A program made the position numbers and the translations under genes. Below, piece by piece: positions 38,409 through 47,767 of a stretch of DNA of 64,000 nucleotides (positions within the stretch are counted from its first letter, which is position 1; the number at the start of each line of letters is the position of its first letter). This DNA comes from an uncultured Gammaproteobacteria bacterium (GTDB lineage Bacteria; Patescibacteriota; Patescibacteriia; S139-126), in the NCBI GenBank assembly GCA_964493305.1, contig CAZBLW010000001.1:177484-241483 (forward strand), in the 5' to 3' direction. The notes beneath the pieces were generated by a model. It made no database searches, was not told the DNA's origin, and saw only the letters and a program-made list of their open reading frames with translations.

Positions 38409-41402
38409 CTATAGTTTGATTATAGTTTTTTTAATTTCCTCTAACCAATTTTTACCGAGAGCCGACAATTTTATTTTTATATTTTTATCCATTATTAACC
38501 ATTCAGGATTTATTGATTGTATTGTTTTACTAGTTTGGGGAGATAATGATTGTTGAAAATAAATTTTGACTTTTGGTTCGTTTTTAAAACCAGTTTCAGT
38601 TTCAATCGCTAAAATATTTTTTTGTTGTGCAATAATTTTCAATTCCAAGATATTTAAAAGATTGGTGGTTGCTACGGGTAATGACTTTTTCCCCCAGGTT
38701 TTGTCAACAAGAGTTTTTAATTGTTCAATACTTTGGCATTGGGCCAGTTGTTGATAAAAATCAAATCTAGCTTCTAAATCAGGTATGAGTTTTTCGTCCA
38801 AGTGATAGGTGAGTGGCAATTGGATATGAACATCGTTTTCCACTGGGTCGGTTTGACCAGTTTGTAATTCAGTAACAGCTTGTTCTAGTAGTCTTAAATA
38901 TAAGTTAAGTCCTACGGCTTTGATATGACCATGTTGTTTGTTGCCCAATAAATTACCAATTCCTCTGATTTCCATGTCACGTCTGGATAGTTCCAAGCCG
39001 CTACCTAATTGATAAGCTGCTTCAAGGGCTTGTAATCTTTTGGCCGCCAATTTTGTCAATTTTTGTGAACTGTAAAAAAAATAAGCGTAAGCCTGTCTTT
39101 GGCCGCGGCCGACGCGTCCGCGTAATTGATAAAGTTGTGCTAGTCCAAAATTGGCTGCTTGTTCAACAATCAAAGTATTGACATTGGGCAGATCCAGTCC
39201 ATTTTCGATAATAGTTGAGCAAACCAAAACATCTATTTGTTTATTGTCAAATTCGTGCATTACTTTACTCAAGGTGCGTCCCGGCATTTGTCCATGAGCA
39301 TAAGACAGGCGAGCCTTGGGGAGTAGTTTAGCCAATTGTTTAACTTTCAAGGGCATAGCTTCTACTTTATTGAAGAGATAGTAAACCTGACCACCTCGGT
39401 CAAGTTCTTGTTTGATGACAGTTTTTATTTTGTTTTCCTGGTAAGGTTCGATACTACTGATAACGGGTAATCTATCTGCCGGAGGAGTTTGTATTAAGCT
39501 AATAGGTTTGAGCCCAGCTACAGAAAAATAAAGAGTACGCGGTATCGGTGTGGCTGACAGAGTTAAAATATGTGTCAAAGATTTTTGTTTTTTTAGTTTT
39601 TCTTTATGCGCTACACCAAATTTTTGTTCTTCATCAATAATTAATAGTCCTAGATTTTTGTAAATAATATCATCCGATAATAAACGGTGAGTACCAATTA
39701 CCAAATCGCAAGCCCCAGTGGAAAGTTTTTCTATAATTTGTTTTTGGGTAGTTTGATCCTGAAATCTAGTCAACAAAGAGATATTAACTCCAAATTTGTT
39801 CAATCGTTGGTGTAAAGTGTCAAAATGTTGTTGCGCCAAAATTGTAGTCGGACACAGTAGCGCCACCTGTTGCCCGTGCAGGATAGTTTTAAAAGCTGCC
39901 CGTAAGGCAATTTCTGTTTTACCAAAACCCACGTCACCACAAATTAGCCGATCCATTGGTTTGTCTTTTTTGAAATCCGACCAGACCTCAGCCAAAGCTT
40001 GGGTTTGATCAGCGGTTGGCGTATAGGGGAAATCATTGGCCAGTGTTGTTTCTTCCGGGAAGTGTTGATTTAAGGGTTTTATTTTTACAACTTCTCTGTG
40101 GGCTTGATTGTAAATAATTTTTTTGGCAGTTTGTAGTAGATCGAATTTAATTTTTTGTTTCAAATGTTGCCAATTACTTCCTGATAGGCGATGTAAAATT
40201 GGTCTAGCAAGTCCGATGTATTTTTCTAATCGGTCAGCTTTTTCAATTGGTACATAAAGTTTATCATTGGCGGCATAGTTTATCACAAAAAAATCTTTTT
40301 CGATTCCAGCAAAATTTTGCCGAACCGTATTGGTCATTTTACCGATGCCATGATCAATGTGCACCACATAATCGCCGGGTTTAAATGTTTTTTTGAGTGT
40401 AGAAAATTTTTCCCCAGCAGTAACATTTACTTGGTTAGGTAGTTCCAGACTTGTTATCACTGCCAACTTCAGCGATTGATTGACCAGTCCTTGAGCTAAA
40501 GGAAAATTAATAATAGTAACTTGTGGGAATTTTTCTTGAATAAAGCTACTTTGATTGCTGGTAATTAAAATTTTCCAATCAGTTTTGTGTTGTAACCATT
40601 GCAGTAGCTGTTGGGGTTCAACCTGCCATTTTGGGGGGGTAAGAAAATTCATTGGCCAGGTTGTGCTATTAGTCAAATCATGCCAGATTATTTGCCAGGG
40701 TAGAGGTAGATTGATGGGAGTATTTGCCGAATGACAAAGTAGCATTTTTTTATTTAAAAAAACTGACAGATCATTATTGCCCGGAGTTAATTTTATTGGT
40801 GGAACAACAATTTCTTTTTGCTCGGCTATTTTGGTTTGAGACCAGACATCATAACTATAAATTTTTTCAATAGTATTTTTTTGCCAGACTAAACGATAAG
40901 GATTTTTGGAGTTTATTGGCCACAGGTCAATTATCTCTCCTCGTTGGGCAAACTCACCGCTAGCGTATACTTTATTTTGCCGTTCGTAACCCAGGGCAAA
41001 TATATCCTTGGTAAATTTTATCAGGTTATAATTTTGTTGAGTTGATAATTTAATTGTGTTTTTTTGCCACCAATCAAGACTTGGTAATTTTTTTTCCCAT
41101 TTTACGGTAGTGACAATTATTTGTGGTTGCTGGGTAATCAGATTGAACAAAATAATGTTTGCTTGTTCGGGATAACTGTATATAGGGATTTTTTCTGGAT
41201 AAATATTCTGCCAAAATAAAAGATTTTGTTGATAAGTTATTAATTCTTTTTCATCAGCTACACACAACAAAACACCTGAATGTTGGATCAGGGGGGAGGT
41301 AGCCAGTTGCCAGACCAACCAAGTGCGAGCGGTAGCATTGGGTAGTTGGCTTAAGTTGAGCGACTGACCAGATAATAATTTTTTAATTAGTTGTTCGACC
41401 AT
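38409..41402 (-). CDS. mfd: Transcription-repair coupling factor Mfd (divergent N-terminus)
   Basis: GDYVVHIDHGIG, MDRLICGDVGFGKTE, DEEQ, SATPIPRT, QLRGRVGR; start uncertain. Confidence 0.92.
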   Translation of the reverse strand: MVEQLIKKLLSGQSLNLSQLPNATARTWLVWQLATSPLIQHSGVLLCVADEKELITYQQNLLFWQNIYPEKIPIYSYPEQANIILFNLITQQPQIIVTTVKWEKKLPSLDWWQKNTIKLSTQQNYNLIKFTKDIFALGYERQNKVYASGEFAQRGEIIDLWPINSKNPYRLVWQKNTIEKIYSYDVWSQTKIAEQKEIVVPPIKLTPGNNDLSVFLNKKMLLCHSANTPINLPLPWQIIWHDLTNSTTWPMNFLTPPKWQVEPQQLLQWLQHKTDWKILITSNQSSFIQEKFPQVTIINFPLAQGLVNQSLKLAVITSLELPNQVNVTAGEKFSTLKKTFKPGDYVVHIDHGIGKMTNTVRQNFAGIEKDFFVINYAANDKLYVPIEKADRLEKYIGLARPILHRLSGSNWQHLKQKIKFDLLQTAKKIIYNQAHREVVKIKPLNQHFPEETTLANDFPYTPTADQTQALAEVWSDFKKDKPMDRLICGDVGFGKTEIALRAAFKTILHGQQVALLCPTTILAQQHFDTLHQRLNKFGVNISLLTRFQDQTTQKQIIEKLSTGACDLVIGTHRLLSDDIIYKNLGLLIIDEEQKFGVAHKEKLKKQKSLTHILTLSATPIPRTLYFSVAGLKPISLIQTPPADRLPVISSIEPYQENKIKTVIKQELDRGGQVYYLFNKVEAMPLKVKQLAKLLPKARLSYAHGQMPGRTLSKVMHEFDNKQIDVLVCSTIIENGLDLPNVNTLIVEQAANFGLAQLYQLRGRVGRGQRQAYAYFFYSSQKLTKLAAKRLQALEAAYQLGSGLELSRRDMEIRGIGNLLGNKQHGHIKAVGLNLYLRLLEQAVTELQTGQTDPVENDVHIQLPLTYHLDEKLIPDLEARFDFYQQLAQCQSIEQLKTLVDKTWGKKSLPVATTNLLNILELKIIAQQKNILAIETETGFKNEPKVKIYFQQSLSPQTSKTIQSINPEWLIMDKNIKIKLSALGKNWLEEIKKTIIKL

Positions 41403-41450
41403 AACCGGTAGCAAATTAACCTTAGCGGAAAAAAAATAAAAAAGCAAAGC

Positions 41451-42161
41451 TTAAAGCTTTGCTTGATCGGTTTTAGTATAATAAATAATATTTTTGATAA
41501 TATCACTTTTGAGAGTTAGGGCGTTTTTTAAACAAATGAGAATAGGTATTTCACTAAAATTGATATTTTTGAATTTATCAATAACCAAACTTTCGTTTTT
41601 TATATTTTTACTCCAGGGGTAGGTAGCAGTAGTGGTATCAATTACCACCCGATAACGATTGGCTTTGAGTGCTTCTTCAAGTTCAGCTGATTGGTAGTTG
41701 TTGATTTTGACATCAGGATATTGATTTTCAATTTTTTTGTGTTGACGTTCGTCAAAAGTGAACAACTGTTCCGAATAATAATTGAAAAAAACCAAAATTT
41801 TCCCTTGTTTTTTTAGTGGCGCTTGTGAGTTAAGCAAACCGTTGAGAGTGGGTAATTCCCAGTGATTGATGATGTTGGCATTGAAAGCTTCAACAATATT
41901 TTTTAAACTGGGAGTGTATTTTTTTTCGGCATATAGAATTTTTTTGGTAGGAATAGATCTGGTTGCTTCCAAAATAGCGAAATTGTAGTAATAATTATTT
42001 TCACCAACTGAGCTAATGAGCCAGTTGAAATTTTCGTTTTTGGCGCGGTTGATGAGTTCAGTTTGACTGTGAGTTTTTTCCATTTGTTCCCAGGGTAACA
42101 GCGGTGATATTTTTTTGTGAACTTTTGGTAAATGGCAAATAATTTTTTTGGTCGCCTTCAT
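41451..42161 (-). CDS. Hypothetical protein
   Basis: AGGAG SD, TTGACA-17-TAAAAA promoter. Confidence 0.65.
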   Translation of the reverse strand: MKATKKIICHLPKVHKKISPLLPWEQMEKTHSQTELINRAKNENFNWLISSVGENNYYYNFAILEATRSIPTKKILYAEKKYTPSLKNIVEAFNANIINHWELPTLNGLLNSQAPLKKQGKILVFFNYYSEQLFTFDERQHKKIENQYPDVKINNYQSAELEEALKANRYRVVIDTTTATYPWSKNIKNESLVIDKFKNINFSEIPILICLKNALTLKSDIIKNIIYYTKTDQAKL

Positions 42162-42331
42162 GGTTTATACTCCTATATTTTTTAAATAACTAATTGGAGT
42201 ATTTTTACATATTTGTAAAAGTTATGTCAAATTACTTTGGATTCTTATTGTAATAATGGACTTTTTGTTTTTTAGGCAAGTGCTATAATATGTTTGCAAG
42301 AATAAATTATTAATTATTAACCAACAAAAAT

Positions 42332-43093
42332 ATGGAAGAAAATAAAACTCCATCTTGGCGTGAGCCAAAATACTTACTGGTATTGGTGGGGATTTTGTTG
42401 TTAGCAGGTATAGTAACAGTGGCGATTTTACGCGATCGCATAGTCAATAAACAGTACTGGCAGGTGAGTGTCTCTGGTCGCGGTACAGTCAGCTATGAAC
42501 CTGATGTTGCCAATATCACTATGGGCGTACAGGTTGATAAGGTTAACCGGGCTGACCAAGCTCTGACTCAGTTGAATGAAAAGATAAATAGTGTAATTAA
42601 AGCAGTAGAAGAAATTGGAGTGACCAAGGAAAATATTAAAACCCAAAACTATACTTTGTATCCGCAGTATGATTGGATAAACAACGTTCAAACCCCAGGT
42701 GGTTATAATGCCAGTCAATTGTTGGTAGTCAAAGTAACTAATTTATCAGTCAATAAAGATTTGGTTTCACAAGTTATTGCTGCTGCTACCAAGGCTGGTG
42801 TCAATCAAATTCAAGGAGTAACTTTTGACAGTTCAAAATTGGAAGATTTAAAACAAGAGGCCAGACTCAAAGCTATTGCTGATGCCAAAAATAAAGCTGG
42901 TAGTATTGCTAGCAATTTAGGTGTTCGTTTAGGCAAGGTGATTGGTTGGTGGGAAAATCCCATCAATGTACCGGGGGTACCTTATTATGGTGAGATGGGT
43001 GGTATGGGTGGCGGTGGTAATTCGGCTCCAGCAGTACCGGGCGGTAGCCAAGAAATAGTCATGGAAGTAAATATTAATTACGAAGTTAAATAG
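42332..43093 (+). CDS. SIMPL (DUF541) domain protein
   Basis: VSVSGRGTVSYEPDVANITMGV, EARLKAIADAKNKA, PGGSQEI. Confidence 0.9.
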   Translation: MEENKTPSWREPKYLLVLVGILLLAGIVTVAILRDRIVNKQYWQVSVSGRGTVSYEPDVANITMGVQVDKVNRADQALTQLNEKINSVIKAVEEIGVTKENIKTQNYTLYPQYDWINNVQTPGGYNASQLLVVKVTNLSVNKDLVSQVIAAATKAGVNQIQGVTFDSSKLEDLKQEARLKAIADAKNKAGSIASNLGVRLGKVIGWWENPINVPGVPYYGEMGGMGGGGNSAPAVPGGSQEIVMEVNINYEVK

Positions 43094-43139
43094 AAAAATC
43101 ACCTCAAAAACTCCCCCAAATTATCTTGGGGGAGTTTTA

Positions 43140-43167
43140 TTGACAAATTTTTTTTGTTTGCTAAAAT
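43140..43167 (+). promoter_or_regulatory. Promoter driving an ORF-less structured RNA
   Basis: TTGACA-16-TAAAAT with extended TG, immediately after the SIMPL terminator. Confidence 0.65.
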
Positions 43168-43182
43168 GCAAAAACGTTATTG

Positions 43183-43320
43183 TTTAAGTAAGCAGTAGGT
43201 TCCTAGCGCAGTGGTCAACGCAAAAGCACCCCTCCTTGCTTTTGACAAGTAGCCTTAAGTCAAGGACTCTAGATTTTTCTAGTCGTTCTTGCACTGACTA
43301 GGAGCCTAGTGTTTACTAAA
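43183..43320 (+). ncRNA. Structured non-coding RNA of unknown family (three-way junction)
   Basis: Closing helices AGTAAGCA/TGTTTACT, TAGGTTCCTAG/CTAGGAGCCTA, CAGTG/CACTG; two internal hairpins; own promoter and terminator; G-U pairs favour + strand. Confidence 0.7.
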
Positions 43321-43350
43321 AAACCCAAGAATTAGATTCTTGGGTTTTTT
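43319..43350. terminator. Bidirectional terminator (ncRNA / pth)
   Basis: AAAAACCCAAGAAT-TAG-ATTCTTGGGTTTTT. Confidence 0.8.
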
Positions 43351-43925
43351 TATTGGGAGTTAAATGAATTTTGAGTTTTTGTTAGACCTTCTGTGATTGC
43401 CTGGTCAAGGGCGGTGGTAGTTTTTTCTATAGCTTGGTTTATTTTTATCTGTTCTGTTGGGTTAGGTTTTTTTAAAACATAACTACTGACTTTACCAAAT
43501 ATACCAGGTCGGCCTATACCTATTCTAAATCTGATAAAATTTTTATCTCCCAAGGATTCAATAATTGAAGCCACGCCATTGTGCCCACCAGCCGAAGCAT
43601 TGATTGATATTTTAGTTTTTCCTGGAGGCAAATCAAGATCATCATGAATTATCCAAATGTCATTATTGGGTAGGTGGTAAAAAGATTTGATTTTGGCGAT
43701 TGCTTGTCCCGATAAATTCATGAAGGTCAAAGGTTTTACCAATAGTATTTTTTGATCTTGCCAAGAGCCTTGGGATATTTGACTGGTAAATTTTGGTTGG
43801 TCGGTAAAGTCGGTAAAAATATCAGCATGTTTTTTTTGCCAGGCCGTTATTATTTCCCAACCTAAGTTGTGACGAGTATGTTCGTATTTTTTGTCAGGGT
43901 TACCCAGACCAAAAATGGCAATCAT
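43350..43925 (-). CDS. pth: Peptidyl-tRNA hydrolase
   Basis: GLGNP, TRHNLG, KPLTFMNLSG, HDDLD, GGHNG, RIGIGRP. Confidence 0.97.
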   Translation of the reverse strand: MIAIFGLGNPDKKYEHTRHNLGWEIITAWQKKHADIFTDFTDQPKFTSQISQGSWQDQKILLVKPLTFMNLSGQAIAKIKSFYHLPNNDIWIIHDDLDLPPGKTKISINASAGGHNGVASIIESLGDKNFIRFRIGIGRPGIFGKVSSYVLKKPNPTEQIKINQAIEKTTTALDQAITEGLTKTQNSFNSQ

Positions 43926-43927
43926 CT

Positions 43928-44010
43928 AATTAGGATTTAGGATTTAGGATATAGGGTTTAATTTTTGCATTACACCCTATATCCTAGTTCCTAGTTCCAG
44001 TATCCTAAAT
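43928..44010. repeat. Heptamer-periodic palindrome
   Basis: TAGGATT-TAGGATT-TAGGATA-TAGGG ... CCCTA-TATCCTA-GTTCCTA. Confidence 0.7.
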
Positions 44011-45375
44011 TTATTTTACCGAAGTGATAAAAAGTCGCAATGGCGTGCCTAAAAAGTCAAATTCTGCGCGCAGGTTATTTTCGATGAAGCGCAAATAAGA
44101 TCCGTGTAATGATTTCTTATATTTAATAGTAACTTGAAAAGCAGGTGGATTAATGTCTACTTGTTTAAGATGGTATATATAAGGATGCCCCGCACCTTTA
44201 CCACGTGCCGGTGGATGCAGGCTGATAATTTTTTTGAGAAATTTTTGTAAAGCACTATCAGAAATTTTCGTAAATCTTTTATTGTATAGTTCTACTGCCC
44301 GGTCAAGTACGTCTTTTGTTCTTTGTTTAGTTAGAGCGGAGGTAAAAATAATTGGCGCCCAAGTTAAATAGGGGAAAGTTTGGTAAATATATTTGGTATA
44401 AGTATAAATAGTTTTTTCATCTTTATCAGGAACCAAATCCCATTTGTTGGCCACTATTAAAATGCTATTGCCACTTTTAACTGCGTGTTCAGTCAGGTGC
44501 CTATCTTGAAAAGTTAGTGGTACGGAAATATCTAAAATCAACAAAGTAATGTCAGAGTTTTTTATTTTGTGTAAAGTTTGCTCAATACTAAATTTTTCCA
44601 ATTTGTCATTTTTTTTAGCTTGCCTTCTAATACCCGCAGTATCGGTCAAAATTATTTGTTGTTGTTGATAGTTAATTATAATATCTTGAGCGCCACGAGT
44701 AGTGTGAGCTTGATCAGAGACTATTTGTTTTTCAAAACCCAAGATAGAGTTGATCAGGGAAGATTTACCAACATTTGGTTTGCCAATGATAGCCAAACGG
44801 ATAGGTTGGGTAGGTGATTTTGTTGTTAGCTGAACTTTATTTTTGGTTGGCGGTAGAAAATCAACTATGGCATCTAGTAAGTTACCGGTACCAATACCAT
44901 TGACACCAGACACAGGAAAATTTTGCTCCAGACCAAGTTCTGACCAATCAAGTAAAGTAGCCGCCCATTTTTTAGCATTATCAAGTTTGGTAATTACCAA
45001 AAAACAGGGTCGACCGGTTTTTTTGATAGTTTTATAAACATCGTAATCTTCTGGCAAAAGACCGGCCCGACCGTCAACCACCATTAGTATCAGAGTAGCT
45101 TGTTGGGCGGCTAGTAGAGATTTTTCCGAGACTAGTTGGTCAAAATCATCAGCGGCTGAGTGATTAATTCCTCCAGTATCTATCAAAGTAAATTTTTGTC
45201 CGTTCCATTCCATGTCACAAGCTTGATAATCTCTGGTAGTTCCAGCCACTGGCGAAACAAGCGCAGCTGGTGTTTCTGTCAAACGATTAAATAGAGTTGA
45301 TTTACCAACATTAGTTCGTCCCAAAAGTACGACTGTGGGAAGCGAATTGGTTTTTGTTAGTTTGTTTACAGTCAT
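44011..45375 (-). CDS. der: Ribosome biogenesis GTPase Der (EngA)
   Basis: Tandem G domains GRTNVGKS/DTGG and GKPNVGKS/DTAG/NKWD. Confidence 0.96.
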   Translation of the reverse strand: MTVNKLTKTNSLPTVVLLGRTNVGKSTLFNRLTETPAALVSPVAGTTRDYQACDMEWNGQKFTLIDTGGINHSAADDFDQLVSEKSLLAAQQATLILMVVDGRAGLLPEDYDVYKTIKKTGRPCFLVITKLDNAKKWAATLLDWSELGLEQNFPVSGVNGIGTGNLLDAIVDFLPPTKNKVQLTTKSPTQPIRLAIIGKPNVGKSSLINSILGFEKQIVSDQAHTTRGAQDIIINYQQQQIILTDTAGIRRQAKKNDKLEKFSIEQTLHKIKNSDITLLILDISVPLTFQDRHLTEHAVKSGNSILIVANKWDLVPDKDEKTIYTYTKYIYQTFPYLTWAPIIFTSALTKQRTKDVLDRAVELYNKRFTKISDSALQKFLKKIISLHPPARGKGAGHPYIYHLKQVDINPPAFQVTIKYKKSLHGSYLRFIENNLRAEFDFLGTPLRLFITSVK

Positions 45376-46826
45376 AAATTTTCCTGGGTGTTTTGGGTGC
45401 CAATAACAATCACAAAATCGACCGTTGTTTGGTTGGCTTGAATAAGCGGTTCTTGATTTAATTTTTCTTGGAGTTCAAAAGGTAATTCTGTTTGGATAAC
45501 CGCACCGAGTGAATTACTGATAAATTCGCGTGAACTATTTTTATTTTTTTCACTTAAATCATAGGCGGTTGTTCTAGTCCAGTCTCTAGTGGGAGCATTG
45601 CCGGTTAGAATTACAACATAACCTGCTTGAGTCAATTTGGTCGCGGTGTCAGCGGCTAGTCCTGTAATATTGGTGCCGTTGTAGATTACAACTGTACTAG
45701 CTTCATCTTGAATAGCAGTGGTAGCAAAAAGATTGTTGAAAAATTCATGGATTTGCTTGAAGTCATTACCTCGAGGACTTAAAACATAAGCACCGGTGTC
45801 GGCAATATAAGAGTAGAGTAAGCCATCAGGTGAACTATCTAAAACTTTATTGATAATATCGTCGGGTTTTATATTGTGTCCCAATTGAGCTAGTCGTAGT
45901 GCTTCAAAGGCTTTGAGATTGGTTGAAATATTGGCCGTTAAATTGTCATAAAGGTCGTTGAGTTTCATGGGATTTAATAAAGTACCGGCGGACATAATTT
46001 TATTTTTTACTGCCAGTAAAATTTGCATTTGTCTTCGGGAACGGGCAAAGTCAGAGCCTTGACCGTTGTTGCCATGACGAGATCGAGAATATTGTAAAGC
46101 TCGTTCGCCATCCATGTGTTCTATTCCTTTGCTAAAAGAAATTGTTTGGTAACCATGATCATAATCAGGATACTGACTGTCGCTAAAACTGTTTTCAATA
46201 TTGATATCAATACCTCCCAAATCATCAATTAATTTTTTAAAACCATTGAAATCTACTCGAATAAAATAATCAATTGGTTGGCCGATAATTTGACTTACCA
46301 TTTGCGAGCTAAACGCCGCTCCACCTCCAGGGTAATTACCAGTTTCACCATAGGCATTGGCACTGTTTATTTTACGCCAGCCATAACTACCCATATCCAC
46401 GTATAAATCTCTGGGGATAGAAACCATTGCCAATTGTTTAGTCGTCGGTTTAAAACTCACGACAATAATAGTGTCAGTGAGATAGGCACCATCGTGTCCT
46501 TCGCCACCCATGCCCAGTAAAAGAAAATTTATTTGCTCTCTTTGGTCAGCGGCATTTATTCTATCGGCGTTGGTGAACAGATGTTTAAAACCAGCCAACC
46601 AAGAAAAATCGTTTAAAGTAGCCCCCAAGGGTGTGGCGGAAATACGAATATATACCAACAAAGATCCTAAGAAAATAAGGAAGGCCACAATAAAAATAAC
46701 ACCTTTTATGAGACCGCGCTTGGTGGGTGTTGGTTTAGTAATGGTGACATTACTTTCATTGGCCTCAGTTGGATTGGTGTCGGATTTGAGAAAATCCAAT
46801 TGTATATCTTGGTTTGGTTTGGACAT
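45372..46826 (-). CDS. LCP (LytR-CpsA-Psr) protein with LytR_C domain
   Basis: LTDTII, SIPRDLYV, KINSA, SDFARSRRQ; C-terminal NGTNITGLA. Confidence 0.92.
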   Translation of the reverse strand: MSKPNQDIQLDFLKSDTNPTEANESNVTITKPTPTKRGLIKGVIFIVAFLIFLGSLLVYIRISATPLGATLNDFSWLAGFKHLFTNADRINAADQREQINFLLLGMGGEGHDGAYLTDTIIVVSFKPTTKQLAMVSIPRDLYVDMGSYGWRKINSANAYGETGNYPGGGAAFSSQMVSQIIGQPIDYFIRVDFNGFKKLIDDLGGIDINIENSFSDSQYPDYDHGYQTISFSKGIEHMDGERALQYSRSRHGNNGQGSDFARSRRQMQILLAVKNKIMSAGTLLNPMKLNDLYDNLTANISTNLKAFEALRLAQLGHNIKPDDIINKVLDSSPDGLLYSYIADTGAYVLSPRGNDFKQIHEFFNNLFATTAIQDEASTVVIYNGTNITGLAADTATKLTQAGYVVILTGNAPTRDWTRTTAYDLSEKNKNSSREFISNSLGAVIQTELPFELQEKLNQEPLIQANQTTVDFVIVIGTQNTQENL

Positions 46827-47049
46827 AACTAAAAGCTTGATAAGTCTATATAATAATACCTAACAAACTAAGGTTAGGTCAATATAAATATTTGCTTTTT
46901 TAGTAAATTTTCAGTATTATAGCTACGACTTGAAAAGAGGTGGTTTTTATTTTACACTTAGAGCACTTTGCTATTTTGTTTAAACTCCTCTTAAGACAGA
47001 GTCAGTGGTGCCTAAGTTTAATTTATTGAGTTTTATGAAATGATAGTTT

Positions 47050-47126
<77 letters not shown>

Positions 47127-47164
47127 GCTTAATAAAAATTATTGAATTTTTTTTAAAAATAATT

Positions 47165-47761
47165 ATGTTAAATGATAAACAAATAAATCAAGCGGCTAAT
47201 AAACAAAAAATTAAAGAATTTGTTTTAGAAATATTACGTATTCTGGTAATTTCCGTGGCTATTATTGTTCCAGTTCGTTATTATTTAATCCAACCTTTTT
47301 ATGTTAAGGGCGCCAGCATGGAGCCCAATTTTCATGATCACGAGTATTTGTTGATTGATGAAATTTCTTATCGTCTACGTACACCTGAAAGAGGAGAAAT
47401 AGTTGTTTTTAGATATCCCTTAAATACCAAGGAATATTTTATAAAAAGAATAATTGGCTTACCAGGTGAGACAGTGGTTTTGCGTGACGGTCAGGTTTAT
47501 ATTTACAACAACGACAATCCTGATGGATTTGTTTTGGATGAATCAAGTTATTTATCCGATCAAGTCAAAACTACACCGATGGCTGAAAGTTCGGTTACTT
47601 TGAGTCAAACCGAATATTTTTTAATGGGTGACAATCGACCGCGGAGTATGGATTCGCGGCAATTTGGTAGCGTCAATAAAGATTTAATTGTCGGACGAGC
47701 TATCATTCGGGGTTATCCGTTTGATCGCTGGCAAACTTTTTTTTCAAGTCCATTATATTAG
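47165..47761 (+). CDS. lepB: Signal peptidase I
   Basis: GASMEP, RGEIVVF, IKRIIGLPGE, GDNRPRSMDSR; start moved downstream of tRNA-Val. Confidence 0.95.
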   Translation: MLNDKQINQAANKQKIKEFVLEILRILVISVAIIVPVRYYLIQPFYVKGASMEPNFHDHEYLLIDEISYRLRTPERGEIVVFRYPLNTKEYFIKRIIGLPGETVVLRDGQVYIYNNDNPDGFVLDESSYLSDQVKTTPMAESSVTLSQTEYFLMGDNRPRSMDSRQFGSVNKDLIVGRAIIRGYPFDRWQTFFSSPLY

Positions 47762-47767
47762 TATTAT

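Noticed and set aside
43183-43320. SRP RNA, tmRNA, RNase P or riboswitch identity for the ncRNA
   Set aside because: No SRP domain IV motif, no tRNA-like ends, too short for RNase P, and no downstream same-strand gene to regulate
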